From contig JAISJO010000100.1 in NCBI GenBank assembly GCA_031261485.1, positions 4,491 through 68,490 on the forward strand: 64,000 bases of DNA, read 5' to 3'. The notes beneath the pieces were generated by a model. It had not been told where the DNA came from. It did no database searches and saw only the letters and a list, made by a program, of their open reading frames with translations. The stretch comes from Propionibacteriaceae bacterium (GTDB lineage Bacteria > Actinomycetota > Actinomycetes > Propionibacteriales > Propionibacteriaceae). Below, in pieces: positions 1-9,372 of the stretch (positions within the stretch are counted from its first letter, which is position 1; each line of letters starts with the position of its first letter). A program made the position numbers and the translations under genes.

Positions 1-972
1 ATTGGCAACGGAATCGGCAATCTGGCTGCTGGGAACGCCGTCGTGTTCAACGCGCATCCCGGCGCGAAAGCGACCTCACGGCGCACAGTCGAGTTGGTCA
101 ACGAAGCCATCACCGAGGTCGGAGGACCGGAGAACCTCTTCGTCATGGTCGCGGACCCAGATCTTCAGACCTTGGACGACATCATGGCGCATCCTGCTGT
201 GAAACTCCTTGTCGGCACAGGTGGACCGGCCATGGTCCATACCCTGATGACATCGGGCAAGAAGGTCATCGCAGCGGGCGCGGGCAATCCTCCCTCCATT
301 ATCGACGAGACGGCCGACCTCAAGAAGGCGGCTGCCGGTGTACTCGGGTCGGCTTCTTTCGACAACAACCTCTTGTGCATCGCGGAGAAGGAAATCTTCG
401 TGGTCGACGCCATCTTCGATGAGTTCATGGCCGAGTTCGAGAAGGCCGGGGCGTACATCCTCACCCCCGAGCAGGGCCAATCCTTGCGCGAAATATGCCT
501 TGTCCAGACTCCCGACGGTTGGGTCGCCAACAAGGCATGGGTCGGCAAGATGGCCAACAAGATTCTGGAAGCAGCCGGGATTCTCATCGACTCCGACCCG
601 CGCATCGCGGTGTACGAGACTGGCTTCGACGACCCGCTGGTCCACACCGAGCAGATGATGCCCATTATCCCCATTGTTCGTTGCGCGACCTTCGAGCAGG
701 CGATGGAGTGGGCGTACGAGGCTGAGCACGGCTGTGTGCATTCGGCGTCGATCTGGTCGAAGGACATCGACCATGTGACTGCGTTCGGCACCCTCATCAA
801 CACCACTATCTTTGTGCAAAATGGGGGGACCATGGCCGCCTTTGGTATCGGGGGCTCCGGCACCAATGCGCCAACAATCGCCACGCCCACAGGCGAAGGT
901 GTCACAGGTCCCCAGAGCTTCGTTCGTCGTCGCCGCTTCTGCATGGCTGACGGTGGCAACTATCTTCTGTGA
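1..972 (+). CDS. CoA-acylating aldehyde dehydrogenase (PduP/EutE-like), 5' end outside the window
   Basis: Frame 1 is open from base 1 (IGNGIGNLAAGNAVVFNAHP...). Motifs AGAGNPPSIIDETADL and NNLLCIAEKEIFV are typical of acylating ALDHs with a catalytic Cys. The stop overlaps the next gene. Confidence 0.85.
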   Translation: MGNGIGNLAAGNAVVFNAHPGAKATSRRTVELVNEAITEVGGPENLFVMVADPDLQTLDDIMAHPAVKLLVGTGGPAMVHTLMTSGKKVIAAGAGNPPSIIDETADLKKAAAGVLGSASFDNNLLCIAEKEIFVVDAIFDEFMAEFEKAGAYILTPEQGQSLREICLVQTPDGWVANKAWVGKMANKILEAAGILIDSDPRIAVYETGFDDPLVHTEQMMPIIPIVRCATFEQAMEWAYEAEHGCVHSASIWSKDIDHVTAFGTLINTTIFVQNGGTMAAFGIGGSGTNAPTIATPTGEGVTGPQSFVRRRRFCMADGGNYLL

Positions 973-980
973 GGTCAGAC

Positions 981-1895
981 ATGACTATCGAATCATTTCC
1001 CGATATCGCACGAACAGTCCAGGCGGCGCCCCGCAAGGCCCGTGTCGCCATCGTGTCCGCCAACGACCGGCACACCGTGGAGAGCGCTGTGCTGGGGCAG
1101 AAGGACGGCCTCATTGAGGCCATACTCATCGGCGACGACACGTCGATTCGCTCCCACCTCGACGAACTAGGGGAGAGCCCGTCGGACTACACCATCGTGA
1201 CCGCTGAGGGCAACGAAGACGCTCTGGCACAAGCCGTGGCCATGGTCCACTCCGGTGACGCGACCATCTTGATGAAGGGGCAGTTGGAGACCGGCGACTT
1301 CATGCGGGCCATCCTTGACCGTGCCAATGACTTGCGGCGCAGCCCTGTCTTGTCAGTGGCGGGCCTCTACGCTGTCGAGCGTTACCACAAGCTCATCGCG
1401 GTGTCGGACCAGGCCATCAACACCTACCCCGACCTGGACCAGAAGGCGGCCATCACGCGCAATGCGGTCACATTGCTCCACGCCATCGGGGTGGAGCGGC
1501 CCAAGGTCGCCATCTTGGCTGCTGTCGAGAAGGTCAATCCGAAGATGAAAGAGACCGTCGACGCGGACGCCCTCAAGCAGATGAACGTTGCCGGAGAGAT
1601 AGCTGGGTGTGTTATCGACGGGCCCCTGTCTTTCGACATCGCAACGATGCCTGAGGCGGCCCAGGTCAAGGGGTATGCCTCTGAGGTCGCCGGTGACGCT
1701 GACCTGCTCATCGTCCCTGACCTGGTCTGTGGCAATGTCTTGGTCAAGGCGCTGACTGGGTTCGCGGGTGCGTTGACAGCGGGGACGGTCTTGGGAGCGG
1801 TCGTGCCGGTGGTCCTTGTGCCTCGTTCGGCTGAGGCTTCTGACAAGTACTATTCGCTCGCACTGGCAGCCCTCAGGGCGCAGCAAGGACTGTGA
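981..1895 (+). CDS. ptb: phosphate butyryltransferase / phosphotransacylase family
   Basis: MTIESF...RVAIVSANDRHTVESA...LMKGQLETGDFMRAIL...DGPLSFD match the Ptb/Pta fold. GAGG lies 6 nt before the ATG at 981; an alternative GTG at 969 overlaps the upstream stop. Confidence 0.8.
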   Translation: MTIESFPDIARTVQAAPRKARVAIVSANDRHTVESAVLGQKDGLIEAILIGDDTSIRSHLDELGESPSDYTIVTAEGNEDALAQAVAMVHSGDATILMKGQLETGDFMRAILDRANDLRRSPVLSVAGLYAVERYHKLIAVSDQAINTYPDLDQKAAITRNAVTLLHAIGVERPKVAILAAVEKVNPKMKETVDADALKQMNVAGEIAGCVIDGPLSFDIATMPEAAQVKGYASEVAGDADLLIVPDLVCGNVLVKALTGFAGALTAGTVLGAVVPVVLVPRSAEASDKYYSLALAALRAQQGL

Positions 1896-1896
1896 C

Positions 1897-2997
1897 ATGT
1901 ACACGATTCTTGCTATCAACCCTGGTTCCACTTCGACGAAGGTCGCGGTCTTTGAGGACGAGCACGAGGTCTTGTCCCGCAACGTCGCCCACGACCCGGC
2001 AGAGCTCAGTGCATTCGCGGATATCCAAGACCAACTGGTCTACCGCAAAGAGGCAGTGGAGCATGTCCTCGCCATCGACCACATCGACCTGTCCAGCATC
2101 GACATCTTCGTCGGACGCGGCGGTGGTCTCGTGCCGGTCAAGTCTGGCGCCTACGAGGTCTCGCCCCGGCTGCTCCAAGACGCATCCAAGGGCATGGCCG
2201 GTCAGCATCCCGCCCAACTCGCTTCCCAGATTTGCGACCTCTACGTCAAGCAATACGGTGGCGTCGCGTATATCGTCAACGCTCCTGACGTGGACGAGTA
2301 TGACGAGATTGCCCGTGTCAGCGGACTGAAAGACATCGTCCGGCAGTGTCACATGCACACCCTCAACCAAAAGGAAATCGCCCTGCGATACTGCGCTGAC
2401 AACGGAATTGACTATTACGGGGTTAACCTGATCATCGCGCACATGGGAGGCGGCATCTCTGTCGCGGCCCACCGCCGAGGTGCCATGGTCGACGGCAACG
2501 ACATCATCAAGGGCGAGGGACCGATGATGCCAAACCGTGCTGGTTCCTTGCCATCGCTGGACCTGTTTGCCCTGTGTTACTCGGGCAAGTACACCCAGAA
2601 AGAAATGAAGGATCGCCTCTCCCGCACTGGTGGTCTCATGGACCATCTGGGTATCGATGACGCGCGGGAGATTGAACGGCGCATCGCGGACGGTGATGAG
2701 TACGCCAAGCTCGTCTACGAGGCGATGCTCTACCAGGTGGCCAAGTGCGTGGGGTCTGCGGCGGCGGTCCTCAAGGGTTGTGTCACGGGCATCATCCTCA
2801 CTGGTGGTATGGCGAACAGCGCCTATGTCACCCGCTACATCAGTGACTATGTCGCGTGGATCGCGCCTGTGACGGTGATGGCGGGGGAGTTCGAGATGGA
2901 GGCCTTGGCTGCTGGCGCTCTGCGCGTGGCACGAGGCGAAGAAACGGCCCAACAATACGACGGAATCCCAGTATGGACGGGATTTACCAAGAAATGA
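1897..2997 (+). CDS. buk: butyrate (short-chain acyl) kinase
   Basis: The N-terminus MYTILAINPGSTSTKVAVFEDE and the motif IIAHMGGGISVAAH are classic Buk/ASKHA signatures. The ATG at 1897 overlaps the ptb stop. Confidence 0.9.
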   Translation: MYTILAINPGSTSTKVAVFEDEHEVLSRNVAHDPAELSAFADIQDQLVYRKEAVEHVLAIDHIDLSSIDIFVGRGGGLVPVKSGAYEVSPRLLQDASKGMAGQHPAQLASQICDLYVKQYGGVAYIVNAPDVDEYDEIARVSGLKDIVRQCHMHTLNQKEIALRYCADNGIDYYGVNLIIAHMGGGISVAAHRRGAMVDGNDIIKGEGPMMPNRAGSLPSLDLFALCYSGKYTQKEMKDRLSRTGGLMDHLGIDDAREIERRIADGDEYAKLVYEAMLYQVAKCVGSAAAVLKGCVTGIILTGGMANSAYVTRYISDYVAWIAPVTVMAGEFEMEALAAGALRVARGEETAQQYDGIPVWTGFTKK

Positions 2998-3018
2998 ACA
3001 AGAGAAAGGAGTGAGAGA

Positions 3019-4986
3019 ATGTACGAGAAACTGTTCTCTCCGATCACTATCGGGGGACTAGCGGTACCGAACCGCGTAGTCATGACAGCAATGGGCAATC
3101 ATATGGCTTTGCCAGGCGGAGAAGCCTCAGACATTGATGTCGAGTTTTATGGGGCACGCGCCAAAGGTGGTGTGGGTCTCGTCATCACTGAGTGCATGAC
3201 GATTGACTATGAGCATGGGAAGGGCAACTTCGGCCAAATGTCGGCTGACGATGACCGTTTCATCCCAGGACTGCGCCGGGTCGCCGATGCGGTCCACGCC
3301 CACGGCTCAGTCATCGCCGCGCAGATCTACCATCCTGGCCGCCAAGGCATCGCCGCCCTCAACGGTGTGGAATCCATGCCATCGGCCAGCACAGTCGAAT
3401 GCCAGGCTGTCCATCAGCCAGTCCATGAGATGACCAAGGAAGAAATCGGGGATGTCGTCACCAAGTTTGGTGCGGCGGCGAAGCGTCTGAAGGAGGCTGG
3501 GTTCGACGGTGTCGAGGTCCACGCTGCTCATGGTTACCTCATCACGCAGTTCATCAGTTCCTACACCAACAAGCGCGAGGACGAGTACGGCGGTTCGCTG
3601 GAGAATCGTATGCGCTTGGGCAAGGAGATCATGGAGGAGATTCAGGCCCAGTGCGGCAAGGACTTCCCCATCATCGTCAGGGTGTCCGTAGATGAGCACT
3701 TGGAGTTCGTTGGGGCCCCCGGCGCTGGCATCACGCTCGCCGAAGGCATCGAGGTGTGCAAGTTGTTCGAGCAGTACGGCGCGTGCTGCCTCGACGTGAG
3801 CTGTGGCATTTACGAGACGATGAACACCGCGTGGGAGCCGATTGGTTTCGACGAAGGCTGGAAGATCGACGCTGTCGAAGCGGTAAAGAAAGAAGTAGGC
3901 GTTCCTGTCATCGGTGTGTCGGTCATCCGCAACCCCGACTACGCCGAGCAGATTCTGGAACAGGGTAAGTGCGACCTCGTGGGTTCTGCGCGTCAGTTCT
4001 TCGCTGACCCCGACTGGGCAGTCAAAGCCCAGCAAGGTCGGGTGTGCGAGATTCGTCGCTGCATCTCCTGCATGTACTGCATGGAAACCCTCATGGAAAC
4101 CGACATTACCCATGTCACCGTGGCGTGTGCCATCAACTGGCAGGGCGGGCGCGAGAAGGAGTACGGCGACGACGCCCTCGTCAAGGACGGCGCTGGTCGC
4201 ACGGTTGCCATCATCGGTGGCGGACCTTCAGGCCTTGAGGCCGCGATTGTCCTGGCCAAGCGCGGGTTCAAGCCCATCGTCTTCGAGAAGAAGACAGAAC
4301 TCGGCGGACAACTCCTCTATGCCTCCAAGCCACCAAAGAAAGAGAAAATGCTATGGCTGCTGGATTACCAGAAGGCCATGATTGAGAAGCTGGGCGTCGA
4401 GGTCCGGTTGGGTGTTTCCCCCACGATTGACGAGCTGAAAGCGCTCGACCCCTATGGCGTCATTGTCGCACAGGGCTCGTCGCCGATTCTGCCCGCCTCG
4501 ATTGAGGGGTTGGACGGCGCGAACGTATACACACCGCTGCAGATCCTCGGTGAGGAAGTCAGCTTGGAAGGTAAGAGTGTTGCCATCATCGGTTCGGGCA
4601 TGACCGGGCTTGAGACAGCGGAATACCTGGCCTCCAAGGGCGCCAAGGTCTCCATCTTCGAGATGCAGCCTGAGATTGGCCCAGGACTGTTCTTCCAGAA
4701 TCTCATCGACATCATGAGTCGTCTGGGAGCTCACGAACCGGAAATCCACACGCAGCACACCCTCGTCAAGCTCGACTCCGACACTGCCTGGTTCGAGAAT
4801 GAGGGCGAGACGAAGACGTACACCGCTGATGCGTTCGTCGTGTCGCTCGGTGTGGCGCCGAACACGACCCTGGTCGATGCGATCAAGGAGCACTTCCCCA
4901 AGGCCGTCGTCGTTGGAGACGCAGTCGCGGGCGGACGGCTCGCCCCGGCCATCGGCACAGGTTACGTGGCGGGTTTCTCGCTCTAG
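3019..4986 (+). CDS. 2-enoate reductase / 2,4-dienoyl-CoA reductase family flavoenzyme (OYE domain, Fe-S, FAD/NAD domain)
   Basis: An OYE motif (HAAHGYLITQFISSYTNKREDEYGGSLENR), a Cys cluster (CISCMYCMETL...ACAINW) and two Rossmann GxGxxG motifs (IIGGGPSGLE, IIGSGMTGLE) are present. An AGGAG RBS precedes the start. Confidence 0.85.
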   Translation: MYEKLFSPITIGGLAVPNRVVMTAMGNHMALPGGEASDIDVEFYGARAKGGVGLVITECMTIDYEHGKGNFGQMSADDDRFIPGLRRVADAVHAHGSVIAAQIYHPGRQGIAALNGVESMPSASTVECQAVHQPVHEMTKEEIGDVVTKFGAAAKRLKEAGFDGVEVHAAHGYLITQFISSYTNKREDEYGGSLENRMRLGKEIMEEIQAQCGKDFPIIVRVSVDEHLEFVGAPGAGITLAEGIEVCKLFEQYGACCLDVSCGIYETMNTAWEPIGFDEGWKIDAVEAVKKEVGVPVIGVSVIRNPDYAEQILEQGKCDLVGSARQFFADPDWAVKAQQGRVCEIRRCISCMYCMETLMETDITHVTVACAINWQGGREKEYGDDALVKDGAGRTVAIIGGGPSGLEAAIVLAKRGFKPIVFEKKTELGGQLLYASKPPKKEKMLWLLDYQKAMIEKLGVEVRLGVSPTIDELKALDPYGVIVAQGSSPILPASIEGLDGANVYTPLQILGEEVSLEGKSVAIIGSGMTGLETAEYLASKGAKVSIFEMQPEIGPGLFFQNLIDIMSRLGAHEPEIHTQHTLVKLDSDTAWFENEGETKTYTADAFVVSLGVAPNTTLVDAIKEHFPKAVVVGDAVAGGRLAPAIGTGYVAGFSL

Positions 4987-5060
4987 AGACACCCAACACC
5001 TCGAAGGAGCGGGGCGCTGTCTGGAGGCGCCCCGCACCAACCACAACATAAGGAGTTACT

Positions 5061-6161
5061 ATGAAAATCCAAGCAGCCATCACCCACGAGGCAGGCAAGC
5101 TCGCCATCGAAGAAGCCGAGGTCGCCACTCCCAAGGCAACCGAAGTGCTTGTCAGAATGGTCGCAGCCGGGGTCTGCCACACTGACGCCGCTGGCATCCA
5201 ACAGTTCATCCCCGTGACATTGCCCGCTATCTTCGGGCACGAGGGCGTGGGCGTCGTGGAGGAGGTTGGCGAAGCTGTCGATGACCTGAAGCCGGGGGAC
5301 AGGGTCATCATGACGTACCCGTCTTGCGGATATTGCGAGAACTGCCGTGACGGACATCCGTTCGCCTGCGAGTCCTTCAACTTCCTGGCCTTCTCGGGCA
5401 CGTTCAAGGACGGCACCAAGCGCTTCAGCCAGAACGGAGTGGATATCTCGTCCTTCTTCGGGCAGGGCTCGTTTGCGACGTACGCCATTGTCGATTCACG
5501 CAACGCCATCAAGGTCGAGGGGGTGGATGACGAAGAACTGGCGTACATGTGCTCGCTCGGCTGCGGTGTGCAGACCGGCGCTGGCATGGTGTTCAATGTG
5601 TTCAAGCCACGTCCGGCCACATCCATTGCCGTCTTTGGCTGTGGAGGGGTCGGCATGGCCGCGCTCATGGCCGCGAAACTGGCGGGTTGCGTCAAGATCA
5701 TCGCCGTTGACGTCAATCCTGATCGTCTGGCACTGGCCAGGGAGATAGGCGCCACCGACACCGTCAACCCCAAGGAAGTCGAAGACACTGTGCAGGCCAT
5801 CAAGGACCTGTCCGGGGGCGGCGTGCATTACGCGGCAGAGTCCTCCGGCATCCCGGCGCTCACCCTCACTGCTGTCCAGTCGCTGCGTCGACTCGGCCAT
5901 GCGTGCGTCGTCTCCGTCACGGGACCAGGCACCATCGAGTTGCCCATCGAACCCGCTCTGATGAACCCCAGTTGCACTCTGACTGGCATCACCGAGGGTG
6001 GCGCGAATCCGAAGGTCTTCATCCCGCAACTAGCGGCGTATTACAAAGCTGGGCTCTTGCCCATCGACCGGCTCGTCAAGTTCTACGACTTCGCCGACAT
6101 CCAACAGGCCTTCGATGATTCTCACGCTGGCGTGACCATCAAACCGATTCTGAGGTTCTGA
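5061..6161 (+). CDS. Zn-dependent (aryl-)alcohol dehydrogenase
   Basis: GVCHTDAA, GHEGVGVVEEVG, CGYCENCRDG (structural Zn) and GCGGVGMAA (NAD) match the MDR family. An AAGGAG RBS is present. Confidence 0.85.
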   Translation: MKIQAAITHEAGKLAIEEAEVATPKATEVLVRMVAAGVCHTDAAGIQQFIPVTLPAIFGHEGVGVVEEVGEAVDDLKPGDRVIMTYPSCGYCENCRDGHPFACESFNFLAFSGTFKDGTKRFSQNGVDISSFFGQGSFATYAIVDSRNAIKVEGVDDEELAYMCSLGCGVQTGAGMVFNVFKPRPATSIAVFGCGGVGMAALMAAKLAGCVKIIAVDVNPDRLALAREIGATDTVNPKEVEDTVQAIKDLSGGGVHYAAESSGIPALTLTAVQSLRRLGHACVVSVTGPGTIELPIEPALMNPSCTLTGITEGGANPKVFIPQLAAYYKAGLLPIDRLVKFYDFADIQQAFDDSHAGVTIKPILRF

Positions 6162-6242
6162 TTCCAACAATCTCTTGGAGCGGGCGGACTCTTTCTGTAT
6201 CCAACAACCGCCCGCTCCCACCCAAGAAAGGACAAAGACATC

Positions 6243-7097
6243 ATGGGTAAAGCAATACTAAAGGCTGGCTTGATTGGCGGCTGCTACGGTCTCCTCTGCG
6301 AGGCACTCTACTGCATCTATCGGGCCATCCTCGGCCCAGAAAACACGTATCTGTCGGCATTCTCCCTGGTCACAGGTGGTCTGATCGTCGGGATTCTGTA
6401 TGTCTGCGGCATCATGCAGAAGATCGAGCCTCATGGCGGATTCGGTTCCATCATCCCCCTGATCGGGTTGACCTCGGCAGTGGCAGGCGGCATCAACGCC
6501 ACGCGCAAGAATGAGAAGAAGACGTTCATCGACTCCTTCTGGAGCGCTGGCAAACCATCAATGATTATGCTCATGTCGGGCCTGGTTGTCTCGATGATTC
6601 TGGCGATGGTCTTCACTCAACTCATGCCGAATGCCGATGCTGGAGTGCCTCCGCTCCTCATCGCCACACCGGCTCCCGTGGCGATCTGGCTGGAGTTCAT
6701 CTTCTCCTTCCTCATCATGGCTGTCATTGGCGCGGTGGGACAGATCTTCCTCATGCTCCTCAAGCCGACATTCACCGGCGTCATGGGCATGTTGTTCGCC
6801 GCGTACGTCCTCGGCTGCATCCTCGCCATGTTCGGCGTGATCCAGGCGCTGGCTGTCCTCGGCCATGGCGGCATGGACGTCCCGATCCTCGGTGGCGGCG
6901 AGTTCGTCTTCACGTCGATCTGGCTTGGTGAAGGCGGCTTCGCACCGTGGTTCGTGACATTCGTCAGACTCACCATCTTCTCCGGAATCATCGCATCGCA
7001 GTACCTGTGGGGCGGCCTTGCAGCAGCCATTCGCGGCAAGCTCCATCCCGAAGAAGTACTTCCTGACGAGGTCGCGGCAGAACCTGTCGCGGCATAG
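6243..7097 (+). CDS. polytopic membrane protein, tentatively SpoVAC/SpoVAEB-like
   Basis: Multiple hydrophobic spans. The segment KIEPHGGFGSIIPLIGLTSAVAGGINATRKNE resembles the SpoVAC signature RIGQFAGAGSAVPVTGFANS...EYKSEG. This comparison is from memory and was not searched. Confidence 0.55.
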   Translation: MGKAILKAGLIGGCYGLLCEALYCIYRAILGPENTYLSAFSLVTGGLIVGILYVCGIMQKIEPHGGFGSIIPLIGLTSAVAGGINATRKNEKKTFIDSFWSAGKPSMIMLMSGLVVSMILAMVFTQLMPNADAGVPPLLIATPAPVAIWLEFIFSFLIMAVIGAVGQIFLMLLKPTFTGVMGMLFAAYVLGCILAMFGVIQALAVLGHGGMDVPILGGGEFVFTSIWLGEGGFAPWFVTFVRLTIFSGIIASQYLWGGLAAAIRGKLHPEEVLPDEVAAEPVAA

Positions 7098-7123
7098 AGG
7101 GACGGCATAGAGGGACGGCATAG
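7091..7123. repeat. 13-bp tandem duplication (ggcatagagggac x2.5) spanning a stop codon
   Basis: Read directly as ggcatagagggac ggcatagagggac ggcatag. Confidence 0.85.
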
Positions 7124-7139
7124 CCACACCGCTGCGCCT

Positions 7140-7205
7140 GTGGAGACCCGGCTCGACCCAAGGGGGCTGGGTCTCCACGTTCTCCCCTGCGAACATCGCA
7201 GGGGA
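7140..7205 (+). terminator. two consecutive GC-rich hairpins between the SpoVAC-like gene and the MFS gene
   Basis: The first is gtggagaccc-N19-gggtctccac (7140..7178). The second is tcccctgcga-aca-tcgcagggga (7183..7205). There is no clear U-tract. Confidence 0.5.
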
Positions 7206-7237
7206 CTGGTCGAATCGTTTCCACCAAGGACGACAAA

Positions 7238-8452
7238 ATGAGAAACAACAAATGGAGCATGTTGACAGTGGGCACTGTCCTCATGCTCATCATGGGGCTT
7301 ATTTACGCATGGTCGATTTTCCGTGCTCCGCTCTCTGAAGCATTCCCCGCCTGGTCAGCCACGGACTTGTCGCTGACTTTCACCTTGTCCATGGTCTTCT
7401 TCTGTATCGGCGGCTTCGTCGGCGGGAGATTGGTGCCGCACATCAAGCATCGAGGCGTCCTGCTGCTGGCGGGTATCTTGCTCGCCATCGGGTTCTTGGG
7501 GCTGTCGTTCTACAGACCTGACAACGGGCCAGCCTCCTTGATCATGTTGTACGTCTTCTACGGCGTGATTGGCGGTTTCGCCATCGGGTTGGGGTACAAC
7601 TGTGTCATGAGCGCTGTCACACGCGCCTTCCCTGGGCGGGTCGGCTTCGCCTCTGGTGTGCTGCTCATGGGGTTCGGACTGGGCGGGATGATTCTGGGCA
7701 GCGTGGTCAACCTGCTGACCGGAGTCTGGGATCTGCCCGCAGTCTTCCGATTCCTCGGCGTCCTCATGTTCGTGGTCCTTGTCGCAGGCGCTTTCCTCAT
7801 GGGGACGCCGACTCCCGTGGCGACTGGCGCTACGCCCAGTGCCGGTTCAGTCGAAGACAAGACAACCACGCAGATGCTGAAGACCAGCGCTTTCTGGTTC
7901 TTCGCTTTGTGGATGATCGTCATTTCCAGCGCTGGGTTGCTCATCATCAACAGTGCGGCGACAATCTCCCTTGCGTTTGGGGGCGCGGCAGTCTTGGGGT
8001 TGATTGTGTCGGTGTTCAACGGTTTGGGTCGCGTCATCTTTGGCGCGCTCTTCGACAAGGTGGGGCGCGTCGTCTCCATGACCATTTCCACCGGCGTCAT
8101 GCTTCTTGCGGGAGTCGTCTTGATCGTCGGGGCACTGACGGGCAGTCTCGTCCTCATCTTGGTTGGCCTGCCCCTGGTGGGTATCGCGTACGGTTCCGCC
8201 CCCACCATCACGTCGGCCACTGTGACGCAGTTCTATGGCCCCACGCACTACGGATCCAACTTCGCCACCATCAACTTCGCCATCATTCCTGCGGCGATTC
8301 TCGGGCCACTTCTCGCCAGTCGACTCCAGGAGAGTTCCTCCGGGGACTACACCACGACTTTCGTTATGGTCGCTGTGCTGGCAGTGGTCGCCTATGGCTT
8401 CTTCTGGGCCGTCACAACTGCAGGTAAGAGACTGCACCCCAAGGCCGACTGA
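7238..8452 (+). CDS. MFS transporter, oxalate/formate antiporter (OFA)-like
   Basis: The N-terminus WSMLTVGTVLMLIMGLIYAWSIFRAPL is typical of OFA-family MFS proteins. About 12 hydrophobic spans. Confidence 0.8.
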   Translation: MRNNKWSMLTVGTVLMLIMGLIYAWSIFRAPLSEAFPAWSATDLSLTFTLSMVFFCIGGFVGGRLVPHIKHRGVLLLAGILLAIGFLGLSFYRPDNGPASLIMLYVFYGVIGGFAIGLGYNCVMSAVTRAFPGRVGFASGVLLMGFGLGGMILGSVVNLLTGVWDLPAVFRFLGVLMFVVLVAGAFLMGTPTPVATGATPSAGSVEDKTTTQMLKTSAFWFFALWMIVISSAGLLIINSAATISLAFGGAAVLGLIVSVFNGLGRVIFGALFDKVGRVVSMTISTGVMLLAGVVLIVGALTGSLVLILVGLPLVGIAYGSAPTITSATVTQFYGPTHYGSNFATINFAIIPAAILGPLLASRLQESSSGDYTTTFVMVAVLAVVAYGFFWAVTTAGKRLHPKAD

Positions 8453-8496
8453 CTTCGGCCTTTGATGCTGGACTGCCGGAGGCCGGTGTCTTGATG

Positions 8497-9306
8497 TCAC
8501 CAGCCTGCGTTCCAGAGCAGTCGATAGAACCTGATCTTGGTCTCGTCGGGTGTCGTTTCGTAGGCGGCGTAGAAGATGTCGTCCCACCCGGGTCCGAAGT
8601 TCCATCCGAGCGACCACGTGGCCACAGCCAGGTCGGCCCAGCGGTCCGCGACACCCAGGTCGGCGATATCCACGAGGCCTGAGAACTCGCCATGTTCGAC
8701 GATAGTGTTGGGCGCGCACGAGTCGCCGTGGCAGACGACCAAGTCTTGGGCCAGGTTCACCCCCTCGGCGAGAATGGCGCGGGCGTCGTCAGCGCTCCAG
8801 GAAGCAAGGTAGTCGTCGGGCGCGTCTTGCCAGTCATCGGTTTCGATACGACGGTGGGCGCGTCGCACTTGGTCCGCCATGTCGCGGGTGAAAGGGCAGT
8901 CGTGGACCGGCGTGCCATCATGGAGTCGTCTCAGGCCCGTTGCCATGGCGATCACAGACTGCTCAGGATGTGCCAGCCCCCAGTCGCTGACCGCGGAGTC
9001 CCCAGGTATGGCCGCCGACGTCGTCCACCAGCCACCCAGACCAGGGTGTACCGGTGTGAACTGCGGCACACGGATGTACGCAGACGCCCATGCCGACCGA
9101 CGCGAAGCATCATCGAGGCGCGAACATTGGTCATGTGGCACCCAGGTCAGGTAACGCCCGTCGTCGCCGTAGCGGAAAGTGAATCCCCCGTCATCGTTGC
9201 GCCACACAAACTGGGCCTCATCACACCCGACCAAAGCCGCAGCATCGACAGCACTGACCGCGTCAGTGGGCAGCGGCGACTTCTGTTGGAGATGGTCAGA
9301 AAGCAC
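8497..9306 (-). CDS. aminoglycoside phosphotransferase (APH)-family kinase
   Basis: The catalytic loop VVCHGDSCAPNTIV and the motif DIADLGVADRWADLA (Brenner and DxG-like) match APH(3')-like proteins. Confidence 0.75.
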   Translation of the reverse strand: MLSDHLQQKSPLPTDAVSAVDAAALVGCDEAQFVWRNDDGGFTFRYGDDGRYLTWVPHDQCSRLDDASRRSAWASAYIRVPQFTPVHPGLGGWWTTSAAIPGDSAVSDWGLAHPEQSVIAMATGLRRLHDGTPVHDCPFTRDMADQVRRAHRRIETDDWQDAPDDYLASWSADDARAILAEGVNLAQDLVVCHGDSCAPNTIVEHGEFSGLVDIADLGVADRWADLAVATWSLGWNFGPGWDDIFYAAYETTPDETKIRFYRLLWNAGW

Positions 9307-9372
9307 AGGAGAAGTTTATCGCCAGATGCCAAGCGACGGCTTGGGGCTACCGTCAGAGGATAAACTGGCCTC

